Positions 33,673 through 44,760 of a stretch of DNA of 64,000 nucleotides are shown here, piece by piece. Origin of the DNA: Folioceros fuciformis (taxonomy: Eukaryota); NCBI GenBank assembly GCA_049999805.1, contig JBNGIO010006163.1, positions 64,107-128,106 of the forward strand, read 5' to 3'. The translations under genes were made by a program, and so were the position numbers. Within the stretch, counting starts at the first letter, position 1. Every line of letters begins with the position of its first letter. The notes beneath the pieces are model-generated. The model was not told the DNA's origin and ran no database searches. It saw nothing but the letters and a program-made list of their open reading frames with translations.

Positions 33673-35900
33673 AGTAACACCCTCTTCAACGGGGTGGGGC
33701 AGAACCATGCAGTAGAAGCCAAAGCAAGGGTCAGTTTTAAACACTAGGCCTCCAAGTAGCCAGCCCTCCTCTTCTAAGAGGATTCGCAGCCAGCACCCTT
33801 CTGCTGCTCTTTATTCAAATCACAAGTCAACAAGAACATACAGAGCTGGAGGGCTAGAGAGAACTCCCCATCTTTGCCTAAGCTAGGAGTTTAGCTCTCC
33901 CTTCTCTTGGCCTCTTCCCACAGCTCCTTCACAACACCTTTCATGTGCTCTCACAGCCCAAGCAACACATGCTCTCAAGGCATAGCCCAAGCACCCAATG
34001 CTCTCAAGGCTTTGAGGAGATACTCGTCTCAACTCCACTGTACTGNNNNNNNNNNAATAGCTCAACATCCAAGCCATTGATCTTGCCACATATATACATC
34101 AAGTCTCCACCCTCCCTGGAAATAGTGTCATCCTTGACACTCGATGACTCACCACATGTCCTCACAACATGTGGCCCCTGGCGTCACCTAGACTCTTCAG
34201 GGAGCTCTTGGATCCTGGCTCTAGGAACAGGTGGATTTGCGGCAACTAGATTCAAGTTGGGAGCTCCTGCATGTAGACAATTTCTAGTAAAATGTCCCTG
34301 CTCTCCACAACTATAACATACACCAGAGGTAGGCGCTACACGTCGTCTTCCACAACTCCTGTTATCACCTCTACCTCGACTTCTGGCAGTAGTCTCAGCA
34401 GTTGCACTATTCCCAATGGTGGTGGCTCGTCCTCTGCCTCTAGATCTACCCTGAGATCTAAGATATCTCCCCCTGGAGATTGGAGCCTCCTAGACAAACA
34501 TGTCCGGTATGGCATCTGCTGCTGCCATAGCCTCTTGCAATGTTTGAGGATTAGTCAATGCAATCCTGTTTTGAGCCCATCTCTTAAGGCCATTAGTAAA
34601 CTTGTGGAGTTTGTCTTGCTCATGCATCTCAGGACATTGCAAGACAATAGAGCTGAATTCACTCACATACTCCCGCAAAGTTCCAGTATGCTTGACATTG
34701 TCGAGCATCCTTCGCGCCAAACTCACAGCATTAGCTGGTTGGAAACGGAGTTGCAGCGCTTCCTTGAAGTCTGCCCATGTGAAGATTGTTGCTCTACGAT
34801 TGCCTTGCCTTACGTTCTCTACGTAAGTCCTCCACCAAGTAAGAGCATACTCGTCCAAGAAGTTCATGACGTGCTTCAAGTACTCGTCTTGCGGCACTCC
34901 GCATGATTCCAAGTACGCTTCCAAAGAGAAAAACCAAGAACTGATTTTCTCTACGTCACGCTCGCCCTTATAACTCTAATGCGCAGGAACACTCAATCTC
35001 AACTTCTTGGCGTTCTTAGGAGCACTAATCTTAGGCTCGGGCTCCACTTCTTCTGGCTCTTCTTCAACGAGCCTACGTTTGCCTTTGATCTCTTGATCTA
35101 GAGCATCAAGTCTCCTCACGATTTTTTGGAGCTGGTCCTCTATGGTGGTACCGGTCCTTTGCTCCGAAGTTCCTTCCTCCGTCGTTCTCACGACTTGAGG
35201 ATCCGCCTGTGGCTCTTCCACAACGGTTTCGGTAAGCGGGGCCTTATCCTTCCTGCGGCGCACCCTCTCTGCTTTGCCTGGCTCAGCAGGATCTGCCATC
35301 GTTAACTAGCGTACTAGTCAAGGATGCTTTAACCTATGCTCTGATACCAACAAGTAACACCCCCTTCAACGGGGTGGGGCAGAACCACGTAGTTAGAAGC
35401 CAAAGCAAGGGTCAGTTTTAAACACCGGACACAGCACTAGGCCTCCAAGTAGCCCGCCCTCCTCTTCTAGGAGGACTTGCAGCCAGCACCCTTGCTGCTG
35501 CTCTTTATTCAAATCACAAGTCAACAAGAACATACAGAGCTGGAGGGCTAGAGAGAACTCCCCATCTTTGCCTAAGCTAGGAGTTTAGCTCTCCCTTTTC
35601 TTGGCCTCCTCCCACAGCTCCTTCACAACACCTTTCATGTGCTCTTACAGCCCAAGCAACAAATGCTCTCAAGGCATAGCCCAAGCACCAAGTGCTCTCA
35701 AGGCTTTGAGGAGATACTCGTCTCAACTCCACTGTACTGAACTTTTTTTAGCCCTTGGCTAGGTCCCCTTTTATACACAAGCTCAAGTCACTAACTTAGC
35801 AACTACTTACTTAAGCACTTACTTAAGCCTTAAGCTATTATTCACTACCACACACTTTTTCCTAGGGCTGCATGCTTCTCATGCTCTCTTAGTAACCTGC
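33673..35900 (-). mobile_element. Ty3/Gypsy LTR retrotransposon; pol is probably collapsed in the N gap
   Basis: Direct LTR copies 33673-34045 and 35353-35739+. PBS TGGTATCAGAGC on the minus strand at ~35338-35349. Gag ALTWWR...TWADFKEALQLRF...QDKLHKFTNGL, zinc knuckle CYSCGEQGHFTRNC, and protease start LMYICGKINGLDVEL abutting the gap. The right boundary is approximate. Confidence 0.9.
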
Positions 35901-36066
35901 TCTGCTAAACATGCCTTTGCATGGAGCTTACTTACTTGGCACTCAAACCAAGGGATGTCTATGGCATACCAAACCGGAGAGAGGAGAGGGTTAGGGTTAA
36001 GGGATATACTTAGGGTTGCATTAGGCGTCCGAATCGGACAACGTTCAAATTTGTTCGAATAATAAG

Positions 36067-36145
36067 TTAGGGTTTGTGGTTTAGCATCTAGGGTTAGGGT
36101 TTGTGGTTTAGCATCTAGGGCTAGGGTTTGTGGGTCAGCATCTAG
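36067..36145. repeat. 27-bp tandem repeat x3 with telomere-like TTAGGG/TAGGGTTT motifs
   Basis: TTAGGGTTTGTGGTTTAGCATCTAGGG repeated; further TTAGGG words at ~35987-36015. Confidence 0.85.
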
Positions 36146-36563
36146 TTCACAGCGGACCTTGTCCTTTAGTTTCACCGTTTTGTCTTCTGCACACATCTCT
36201 TTCTTCCATACATACCCCTCTCTCGCCTCCATGGAAAGGAGGTTCCCTTCTCGCACCTACCTGGGAAGAGGTCCCTTCTCGTCTTCTCGGCATGGCAGGC
36301 TCGTCACCGGCGAAACTTTGTGTGAAAGCTAATCGTATCGATATTCGATATTGGAGGCATACTTTCTTAAACTTTGGAAAGGCCCACTGTTGTTTTGGGA
36401 TGAACTAATTGCCTTGCCACATGCTGCGAACACGAACGGTTCTGTAGTACATGTTCCTTGCTTTGTCAGCCAGTCAAGTCGGTTATGTAGTACATGTTCC
36501 TTGCTTTGTCAGCCAGCCAAGTCGGACATAAAGCCAAGTCGGACATAACACTTGGCAACAAGA

Positions 36564-36635
36564 GACTTGAGTACGCGCGACTTGAGTACGCGCGACTTGA
36601 GTACGCGCGACCCTTGGGACCGTGATTTAGGGTTT
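36564..36635 (+). promoter_or_regulatory. Seipin proximal promoter: 15-bp repeat x3 with CGCG core, plus a telo-box
   Basis: GACTTGAGTACGCGC x3 (36564-36608) and TTAGGGTTT (reverse complement AAACCCTAA) at 36627-36635, ~40 bp before the ATG. Confidence 0.4.
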
Positions 36636-36674
36636 AATGAGCCTCACACGACGTGACGATGCGCATCAGAGGCC

Positions 36675-38963
36675 ATGGCGCAGCAGGAGGCGGTCGTGCG
36701 GGAGGAAGAGGGTAAAGTTGAGGAGCAGGCGGGTGGTAGCGGGAAAGTGAATGAGGGATGCGAGGGGGAGTTGGAGGACGGCTCTTCGTCTTCCTCAAAT
36801 TTCTCATCATCCTGGGACGACGCCGACTTTGATGTTGCCTTGGAAGAGGATCAGAAAGTAGAAGGGCGTGGAGGAGGAGGTGGAGAGCAAGTTGTGGAAA
36901 ACCAATCGGATGTTAAGGAGCAAGCAGAGGAGGCCCTGCGATCTTGTTTGAGGAGGAGAGTCAGAGCGTGGAAAGCCGAATTCCAGGTGCTGGAGGGGGC
37001 TGAACTCTTTGAGCCTCAAGGAGGAAGTCTGGAGACTGGAAGCGCCGTTGAATCGGCTTCGGAGGAGGATGCAAGGTGGAAGGCGCAACAGCAACAAAAG
37101 CAGCAGCAGCAGGATCTTGGATATCCGAGTTCAGAGGGAGATGGAGGTGGTGAGCAGTTGGACACCTCTCCAAGGTCACATGGAGTTGATGTTGAGGTGG
37201 AAGAAAGCGCGTGTGACGGACAGGGTTCCTCGGCGTCTTCCTTATTCCAGGGATCGGTGGACAGGGGGAGGAAACCATCTGAGGACAATTCGCGACATGC
37301 CAGGTTAGGTTCGCTTTGGCCGTCGGGATTAGAGTCCGACGAGGATGAGGAGGTTGTCTCGGAGCGGAAGAGACCGCATGCCGGGGACCAGGACGATGGC
37401 GAGGAGGAGCAGCCGGTAGCCAGGAGGCGGAGACTCAAGAGGCTGGATGTTGAGGAGGTAGAAGAAGGGGAGATCGGCGGAGGTGAAATTTGCGCTTTCA
37501 AGGAGGTTTACAGGATGCCTGCAGCAGATGACATGCCGTCGGGGAGCGGGGACGGGCAGGGGCAAATGTTGTTGCTGCCTGCAGCTTTTATAATAAATGC
37601 AATCGGCTTCCAGGTGAAGCTGATCGGGAAGGCGTTCAATGTGTTTCTATGGTTCTTGAATATTTTCTGCATGATGTTCTGGGCACCGGTAGCTAAGACC
37701 TTGGAGGCAACTGGTCTTATCACGCAATCGGTTTCCTACGTCTCACAGTTGCCCCCGAGGATCGCACAAGGGGCGTCTCATGCAGGGCCTAAGGTGGGAC
37801 AGCTATGGAAGAAAATGGGACTCGGCTGTCTGGCTGCGACGTATGTGGTCATCGTCTTGATAGCGCTGCTGATTCCGGCTGTTGTGCTTGATTATGTGGT
37901 TCTCAGTAGGTTTGTTGAGAAGCCACTTGAGATCAAGGAGCCGCTTCATTTCGATTACACTCAGCCGAAGCCTAGCGCAGTTGTCAACCTTCTGGCCCCA
38001 GCGGTGATGGTAAGGGCTAAAAACTATGCTGCAGCTCACCCTGATAAGATTGTTAAAACCCGGGCCATCCTTGTAGGACATAAGTTTCACGTCACTGTTG
38101 TCCTGACATTGCCAGAGTCGGACTACAATCGGCAGCTAGGCATGTTCCAAATATCGGTCGAACTGTTATCCATACGAGGTTATGTTCTGGCCAGGGCCAG
38201 CCGGCCATGCATGTTGCAGTTCCGCAGTGGTCTGCTCCGCCATGCCAAGACTTTTTTACTTGGCTTGCCTCTTTTGCTGGGCTTGTGTCAGGAATACCAG
38301 ACTATGGCTGTGCGAGTCCTGGACCGTCATTACGAGAAAGTCATACCAACAGCGAGTGTGACAACTGTGTTGGAGCCAAAGGCAGGGTTTCCTGTGGGCC
38401 AAGGGCTGCCTGAGCTTTACAAGGCCGAGGTGCGGATACAATCGCAGCTGCCGTGGCTTAAGTCCCTTGTGTACAATTGGAGGTGGACCTTCTATGTATG
38501 GGGTGCCTTCTGGCTGTTTCTCCTCGAGGTTGGACTGGTTCTGCTGTGTTGTAGACAAGCACTTGTCCCGACGTCGTGGCGCTCGTTTACGGACGATGTA
38601 GGGGAAGGATCTCAGAGCGGTTATCGTTCCCCTGAAAGCAGGAAGCCATCCGGGGCTGGAGACCACGGGGTAGGCAAGAAATCGGGGAGAAGCAAACGGC
38701 GCGTGTCATTCCAAGATGAGATTCCCACAGCAGAAGTTTTGCTAGGCACAGACTCCGCTACACCGGCTGCTGGTCAGCCTTCAGCAGAAGAGGAGTTTCC
38801 GGCGGGCCTACCCATGCCTCCTATGGAAGACGTTCCTGAATCGGGCGAGGATGAAGTTCCTGCAGTGGAGGAAATTGTCGCTGTTGTGCTTGAAAAATTA
38901 GCCGACGTAGACCAAGTTTATGTTCTTCAGACAGCTGACGAAGATGGGAAAACACCTCCATAG
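36675..38963 (+). CDS. SEIPIN: Seipin (lipid droplet biogenesis), long N-terminal form, intronless
   Basis: VEKPLEIKEPLHFDYT, VTVVLTLPESDYNRQLGMFQISVELLS, SRPCMLQFRS, LPELYKAE...SQLPW...NWRWTFYVW, with flanking transmembrane segments. Confidence 0.95.
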   Translation: MAQQEAVVREEEGKVEEQAGGSGKVNEGCEGELEDGSSSSSNFSSSWDDADFDVALEEDQKVEGRGGGGGEQVVENQSDVKEQAEEALRSCLRRRVRAWKAEFQVLEGAELFEPQGGSLETGSAVESASEEDARWKAQQQQKQQQQDLGYPSSEGDGGGEQLDTSPRSHGVDVEVEESACDGQGSSASSLFQGSVDRGRKPSEDNSRHARLGSLWPSGLESDEDEEVVSERKRPHAGDQDDGEEEQPVARRRRLKRLDVEEVEEGEIGGGEICAFKEVYRMPAADDMPSGSGDGQGQMLLLPAAFIINAIGFQVKLIGKAFNVFLWFLNIFCMMFWAPVAKTLEATGLITQSVSYVSQLPPRIAQGASHAGPKVGQLWKKMGLGCLAATYVVIVLIALLIPAVVLDYVVLSRFVEKPLEIKEPLHFDYTQPKPSAVVNLLAPAVMVRAKNYAAAHPDKIVKTRAILVGHKFHVTVVLTLPESDYNRQLGMFQISVELLSIRGYVLARASRPCMLQFRSGLLRHAKTFLLGLPLLLGLCQEYQTMAVRVLDRHYEKVIPTASVTTVLEPKAGFPVGQGLPELYKAEVRIQSQLPWLKSLVYNWRWTFYVWGAFWLFLLEVGLVLLCCRQALVPTSWRSFTDDVGEGSQSGYRSPESRKPSGAGDHGVGKKSGRSKRRVSFQDEIPTAEVLLGTDSATPAAGQPSAEEEFPAGLPMPPMEDVPESGEDEVPAVEEIVAVVLEKLADVDQVYVLQTADEDGKTPP

Positions 38964-39574
38964 GCTTGAATTTGCAAAGTGATGGTCTTTTGCACCTTGT
39001 TCATAATGTGATAATTCCTGTACGTATTTTCGTAAAGGCGTCCACAAGCGCTGGTCCACTGAGTTGCCTTTTCGACCTTCCCCTGGGCTTCTTAGCAGGG
39101 ACTTCAAAACGCTAGACTTGCGTAGAAATAGGTTTCCACCCATCCCATGTCGCTGAGGGTTGATGGCCAACATGACAGCCTGAGCTCAGTTTGCTTCTCA
39201 ACTTGAGGGTCGAGAACATCGACTGCATCTATGGAAACAACTGACAGAAGAGCGATGTCTTCCACCCAGACACGGCATTCATATGTTCAAAGCTGAAAAT
39301 CGATCTGCTGTTTCGCATCCAACTGGATGGCGAAGCAACAGTTCCTTCATACAGGCTGTAAATTTCTCGTGTCAACTGGTGGAAGTTCCGCTCGCTGTTA
39401 TGGAACTCCGTCACCAAGGTGGAGCTCGTGCTTCAGATCCTGGCAGCATAGGCAGGTGCATTCGTTACGAGGGTTTGGGCGGAGGCAACCCTCTAGCCAT
39501 TTATTGTACCATGGGCTGAATCCAAGCTGAGTGAGTACCACTGCTTTCTCCGCTTGGTAGCTCATATCAGGATC

Positions 39575-42277
39575 ATGCAAATTATACACGAAGCTGTGGC
39601 ATCCACAGTTTCTCCAGCTGCACCACAGGTTGGGAATCACATATCGCAGAGGAATCCTGAGCAGGCTTGCCTCCTTCAAAAATTATGCAAGGAAGAAAGG
39701 CTCAATGAGGCGATGGATGTGCTAGTGGGCCTGGACCAAGAAGCTTCAGTGCCGATGTATGTGTCTCTTCTCCAAATCTGTATCAGACGGAAGGCTCTTG
39801 ATAAGGCGAAGCAGCTGCATTCCCATCTAGCAAAATTCGGTTTAGAGTCACACAGCGTTGTAGGAGAATGGGTTGTGAACACGCTGGTGAAGTGCGGGAG
39901 CCTATTAGATGGGCTCTTGGTGTTCGGAAGATTGTCAGCGAGAACGGCTTTCTCCTGGTCAGTCATCTTGACAGGCCTGTGCAAGGCTGGCAAATTTCGA
40001 GAGGCTCTTAGATGGTATGTGCAAATGCTGAAGGAAGGAGTTCATCCAAACAGTAATATCTTTGTCAGCTTAATCCAAGTTTGTGGCAGGTTGGGAGACC
40101 TGGAAGAGGGCAGGCGGATTCATGCTGATGTGATTAGGTATGACTGTGACTGCAATGTGTTCGTGGGGACAACTCTTATAAATATGTACGCAAAGTGTGG
40201 TAGCATCGATGATGCTAGACACACGTTTGATGGATTGGCTTCACGGAATGTGGTGTCTTGGAACGCAATGCTTGCAGCATATGCTCAGCATGGTCAAGGA
40301 GAGCAGACTTTGCTGCTCTACAACCGAATGCTGGAAGATGGAATGGACCCCAATGAACGAACACTTGTCAGCGTGCTTCAGGCGTGCTCAAGCATGGCAG
40401 ATAGGGAAGAGAGCATTCCTGTTGGTGAGCTGTCCATCAAGCTGGAATCGCTAGCTATTGGAAAGGCACTACATGCTAAAGCGGCCCGGTTAGGTTACGA
40501 GGCGGATGTTTTTGTGGGCAGCAATCTGGTGAATATGTACTCAAAGTGTGGGAGCTTCACAGACGCTCAACATGTTTTCAACCACCTCCCCCGGCGGAAT
40601 GTTGTGGCTTGGAATGTGATGCTTGCAGCATTTTCTCGCCACGATCAAGAAGAAACGGCATTGCAGTTATATGGTCAAATGGAAGAAGAAGGCGTCACTC
40701 CAAGCAGTCGAACCCTGATTGTTGCTCTCCAAGCATGCATAGCTCTTGCAGCGAAGGAAGAAGGCATGCTTCAAAATAGCTATCCTATGAAAGTGGGGTC
40801 GTTACAGAAGGGGAAGACACTACATGCCGACGCTGCCCGGAGGGATTATCAATCTGATGTGTTTGTTGGTAGCACGCTTGTGAATCTGTACTCGAAGTGT
40901 GGAAGTCTTGTGGACTCCCAACTTGTGTTCGACGAGCTCCCCAAGAGGGACGTCGTGGCATGGAGTGGGATTCTTGCAGCATACGCTCAGCAAGAGCATG
41001 GGGAGAAAGCTTTGCAAATTTTCAGCCAAATGCAAGAGGTGGGCATCACCCCTAACGCTTGGACTTTGGTGAGTGCCATACAGGCATGTGGCAGTCTTGC
41101 AGAAATGGAGGGGGAGAGCGTTCTGGTCGATGGCCAATCCATCAGATTGCAATCGCTCCATAAGGGAAGGGCATTGCATTCTGAAGCTGCTTCGAGGGGT
41201 TATGGATCAAATGTATTTGTTTGCAACACTCTGATAAGCATGTATGCAAAGTGTGGGAGCATGGTAGATGCTGAAGTTGTGTTCGCCGGGCTGCCTCAGA
41301 AGAGTGTGGTGTCATTTAATGTTATGCTTGCAGCATATGCTGAGCAGGAGCAAGGAGCAAAGGCCTTGCAACTGTATGAAGAGATGCAAGCAAGTAGTTT
41401 GAAAGCAAACGACGTCACTTTCCGGGTCATTCTAGCCGCTTGCTGCAAGATTGGGGCCTTGAACAACTGTTTCCAAATCCATCGAGATATCGTGGATAAT
41501 GGGTTGGAGTTTGACCCTGGTGTGGTAACCTCTCTGATTCATGCATACGGCAAGTGTGGGAGCATGTTGGATGCTCAGTTTGTGTTCGACTCACTGCCAC
41601 AGCACACTTTGCATTCATGGACTGCCATGATTGCAGGGTATGCCAGACAAGGGCAGTACGAGAGAAGCATTCGATGCTATGAGCAAATGTCTGTGTCTGG
41701 CCTCAAGCCCAATGGGATTACGTTTCTGTCAGTCCTGACTGCGTGCAGTCATGCTGGGCTGGTGGATGAAGGCCTCACGTACTTCAAGTGCATGACCAGC
41801 TATCATGGGATTCCTGCGGAGATAGAGCATTACGCATGCTTGATTGACCTCCTTGGTCGTGCTGGACTCCTCAGCCAAGCAGAAAAGGTGCTCTTAGGAA
41901 TGCCCATGGAGCCTACACTGCCTATCTGGATCTCCCTGCTCGGAGCCTGCCGGAAGCATGGGAATGTGGAGCTGGGTAGATGGGCTTTCGATTGTGCTGC
42001 CCAGCTGCAGCCAAGATGCGGTGCAGCGTATCTGCTCATGTCCAATATCTATGCTCAGGCTGGCATGTGGGACTACGCAAATGACATAGCTGAGATGGAA
42101 CTGAGAGCCGGTGCATGTAATTACAAGCCCGCGAAAAGCTGGGTGGAGGTGAATGAGAGCATTCACACATTCACCACGGGCCCACATGTCCTACATCCTG
42201 AGCTGCTTGACCTGCTGAAGGAGCTGAGCTCCGACCTCGGTTCAGCAGGTTTACTCTGTACCTGTCGGCAGATTTAA
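39575..42277 (+). CDS. PLS-class PPR protein with E/E+ extension and no DYW domain
   Basis: Repeated P-L-S motifs (VFVGTTLINMYAKCGS..DA, RNVVSWNAML), ACSHAGLVDEG, EHYACLIDLLGRAG, WISLLGACRKHGN, YLLMSNIYA and SWVEV. The ORF stops before any HxE motif. The start is uncertain, with a possible upstream exon at 39327. Confidence 0.95.
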   Translation: MQIIHEAVASTVSPAAPQVGNHISQRNPEQACLLQKLCKEERLNEAMDVLVGLDQEASVPMYVSLLQICIRRKALDKAKQLHSHLAKFGLESHSVVGEWVVNTLVKCGSLLDGLLVFGRLSARTAFSWSVILTGLCKAGKFREALRWYVQMLKEGVHPNSNIFVSLIQVCGRLGDLEEGRRIHADVIRYDCDCNVFVGTTLINMYAKCGSIDDARHTFDGLASRNVVSWNAMLAAYAQHGQGEQTLLLYNRMLEDGMDPNERTLVSVLQACSSMADREESIPVGELSIKLESLAIGKALHAKAARLGYEADVFVGSNLVNMYSKCGSFTDAQHVFNHLPRRNVVAWNVMLAAFSRHDQEETALQLYGQMEEEGVTPSSRTLIVALQACIALAAKEEGMLQNSYPMKVGSLQKGKTLHADAARRDYQSDVFVGSTLVNLYSKCGSLVDSQLVFDELPKRDVVAWSGILAAYAQQEHGEKALQIFSQMQEVGITPNAWTLVSAIQACGSLAEMEGESVLVDGQSIRLQSLHKGRALHSEAASRGYGSNVFVCNTLISMYAKCGSMVDAEVVFAGLPQKSVVSFNVMLAAYAEQEQGAKALQLYEEMQASSLKANDVTFRVILAACCKIGALNNCFQIHRDIVDNGLEFDPGVVTSLIHAYGKCGSMLDAQFVFDSLPQHTLHSWTAMIAGYARQGQYERSIRCYEQMSVSGLKPNGITFLSVLTACSHAGLVDEGLTYFKCMTSYHGIPAEIEHYACLIDLLGRAGLLSQAEKVLLGMPMEPTLPIWISLLGACRKHGNVELGRWAFDCAAQLQPRCGAAYLLMSNIYAQAGMWDYANDIAEMELRAGACNYKPAKSWVEVNESIHTFTTGPHVLHPELLDLLKELSSDLGSAGLLCTCRQI

Positions 42278-42736
42278 GGCGTAGAGGTTGCCGACTCACT
42301 CACGAAAGCTCTTACAGGTGAAGAATTCCTTTCATAACAAGCAAGCAGCGTTGTTCAAAGTACTACATGGATGAGAGGATGCAGCTGACGTGAAGAACAG
42401 GCTACGATGCTAGGCTGTCTTACCGGCGGGGTCCACATTCGGGTTGCCTTCGTAAACATTTGAAGATGATAGGATATGGACGAGTAGCGGAGGGTTCAGC
42501 GGTGTATAATCAGAATGTACAAGTGAAGAGCCCTGTGTTGTATGTAAGAATTCTCGATAACATCGAAGCCCGGACAGCAAGCAAGTGGCCCAATAAAACA
42601 GAGCACAAAGCCGCTGGGATCGTGATAGTTACGCGATTCCAGCATCGAGTCCCTTTCAGCTTGAAGCCCGGGAGCTCGGTTGGCATCTCGCACAAGGGTT
42701 TCTTGCAGCGGATTGTGCTCTCTTTTCCTTACAGAC

Positions 42737-43989
42737 ATGGATTTGCGACTAGAGATCCAGAAGCAAACTGAATTTACAGTCGATTTTTATAAGCAGATAG
42801 CGCGTCAGCATCGTGGCTCGAATGTTGCTGTTTCTGTCATCAGTGTGTCCATCACGCTGGCTTTGGCAGCAGCTGGAGCTCGTGGATCGACGCGTGATCA
42901 GTTCCATTCCAGCAGCTTGAGGCTGCCAAGCGGAGATTTTCTGCATGTGTTTGCAGACCAGCTGAAATCCCAGGTTCTTGCGGACGGCGGCAGCAATGGA
43001 GGACCTGTGCTAGCGCTTGCAAACGGTGTTTGGATGGAGAAGACGTTAAAATTGAAGCCTCGTTTTCTGCAGATCTCGAAGGAAAAGCATCACAGTGAGA
43101 CGCGGCCATCGGACTTCCGGCACAAGGTCTGTTGGTGGGTTACCTTAGTCGTCTCTGCTTCATGTATTGAGCCCGTTGAGGAGCATTGTGCATTGTGAAG
43201 CAGGGTGGCCGATGCTGATGAATGCAGGCAGAGGATGTGAGGAGGGAGGTGAATGCTTGGGCAGAGGAGCACACGCAAGGCAAGATCAAGGACCTGCTGC
43301 CGACAGGTTCTGTGGACAGGGACACCAGGCTGGTGTTGGCCAATGCCTTCTACTTCAAGGGCAGATGGATGCAGCCATTTCTTGCTTCGGAGACCAAGAA
43401 TGACAACTTCTATCTGCTGGATGGAACAACCGTGAATGTGCCCATGATGACCAGCAAGAAGGATCAGTATGTGGGCCATTTCCGTGAAGACGGGTTCAAG
43501 GTGCTTCGGCTTCCTTACGCCGAAGGGAGTGATAACAGGTCCTTCTCCATGTACGTCCTACTGCCTGATCAAAGGACTGGGCTGCCTGATTTGGAGAGGA
43601 AGCTGGATCCATCGTTTTTGGGACACAAGTTGGACTGGCTGCGCAAAGGTGCAGTTTCTGAGTTCAAGCTTCCACGATTCAACATCTCTTGCCAGCTCGA
43701 CGTCCCGACTTTGCTCAAGAGTCTGGGTCTGGAGCTGCCTTTCTCTCCGCAGGCAGACTTCGGTGACCTGGTGGAGGCCCCCGTGTACCTGTCAAATGTC
43801 TTACACAAGGCTTTCGTCGAAGTTAACGAGGAGGGCACAGAAGCAGCTGCTGCCACAGCTGTTACCGTTAGCCTGCTGTCGTACACTCCTCCTCAACGCT
43901 TTGTTGCAGATCATCCATTTCTGTTCGTCATCAAGGAAGATCAGAGTGGGTTGGTATTGTTTGTTGGCAAGGTGACAAGCCCAGAATGA
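42737..43989 (+). CDS. Serpin (ZX-like), exons 42737-43126 and 43228-43989
   Basis: TRLVLANAFYFKGRW, FYLLDGTTVNVPMM, FKVLRLPY, HKAFVEVNEEGTEAAAAT and FVADHPFLFVIKE. Single GT-AG intron. Confidence 0.95.
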
Positions 43990-44269
43990 ATCATGACATA
44001 AGCAGCCCGCTCCACTCCTTGCAGGAACCTTTGGCAGGGCTCCATGAATTCAAGTAACTGGAACGTGTGTGCGAATGCTGTTCTGCAAGGGATCTTCACA
44101 GGCCTAACTGGGCTTCAGATATCGATCACTACTGCCAAGGATGTTGCAGTGATTGAGCATGAGGAAGTTCGTGGAAGTCGCTGTCGCCCATTGCCCATAA
44201 TCCCAAACTGTGGGAGGAGAGACGGCGGAAACAGTCTCGGAATCCCCAGGGAGCTCATGTGATGGAAGG

Positions 44270-44760
44270 GCTCGTCAGGCTCTCGAGTGTACTACAGGCT
44301 TCTGAGTGTCACTTCAACGTACTGCAGGCTTTTATGTGGGCACGTTAAGGTTCTCGAGTGTAGGCTTTTGAGTGTCACCTCATCGCAGGAGGCTCATCGC
44401 AGGCTTTTATTTATGTGGGCAGCGTCAGGCTCACGAGTGTAGACTTCTGAGTGTGGGCATCGTAAAGCTCATACCTTATGTGCTTTATACCTTATGTGTT
44501 TAGATTCTGAACATCATTAGGTTCTAAAGTATTTATGTTGGCCTAGATCCTACAGAGCTATATACTTAGATTCTTAGCTAATAATGTTTATACTTAGATT
44601 CTTAGCTAAGAATGTAAACATTATTAGCCTCTCAAGTATTTATGTTGGCCTAGATTTTGCAGAGCTATGTGCTTAGATTCTGAACATCATTAGGCTCTCA
44701 AGTGTTTATGTTGTTCTAGACTCTGTAGAGATATGTGCTTGAGTGTTTATGTTTGCCTTC
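44270..44760. repeat. Degenerate tandem repeats, possibly internal to the Harbinger element
   Basis: Recurring AGGCTCTCGAGTGTA..GGCTTCTGAGTGT and TTTATGTTGGCCTAGAT...CTTAGATTCT motifs. Confidence 0.6.

Noticed and set aside
33673..35900. Non-autonomous gag-only LTR element
   Set aside because: The protease start runs directly into a 10-N gap, so pol is most likely missing from the assembly rather than deleted.
32512..43989. Protease-serpin cognate pair
   Set aside because: The protease is frameshifted, ~9 kb away and separated by unrelated genes. There is no evidence of a functional link.
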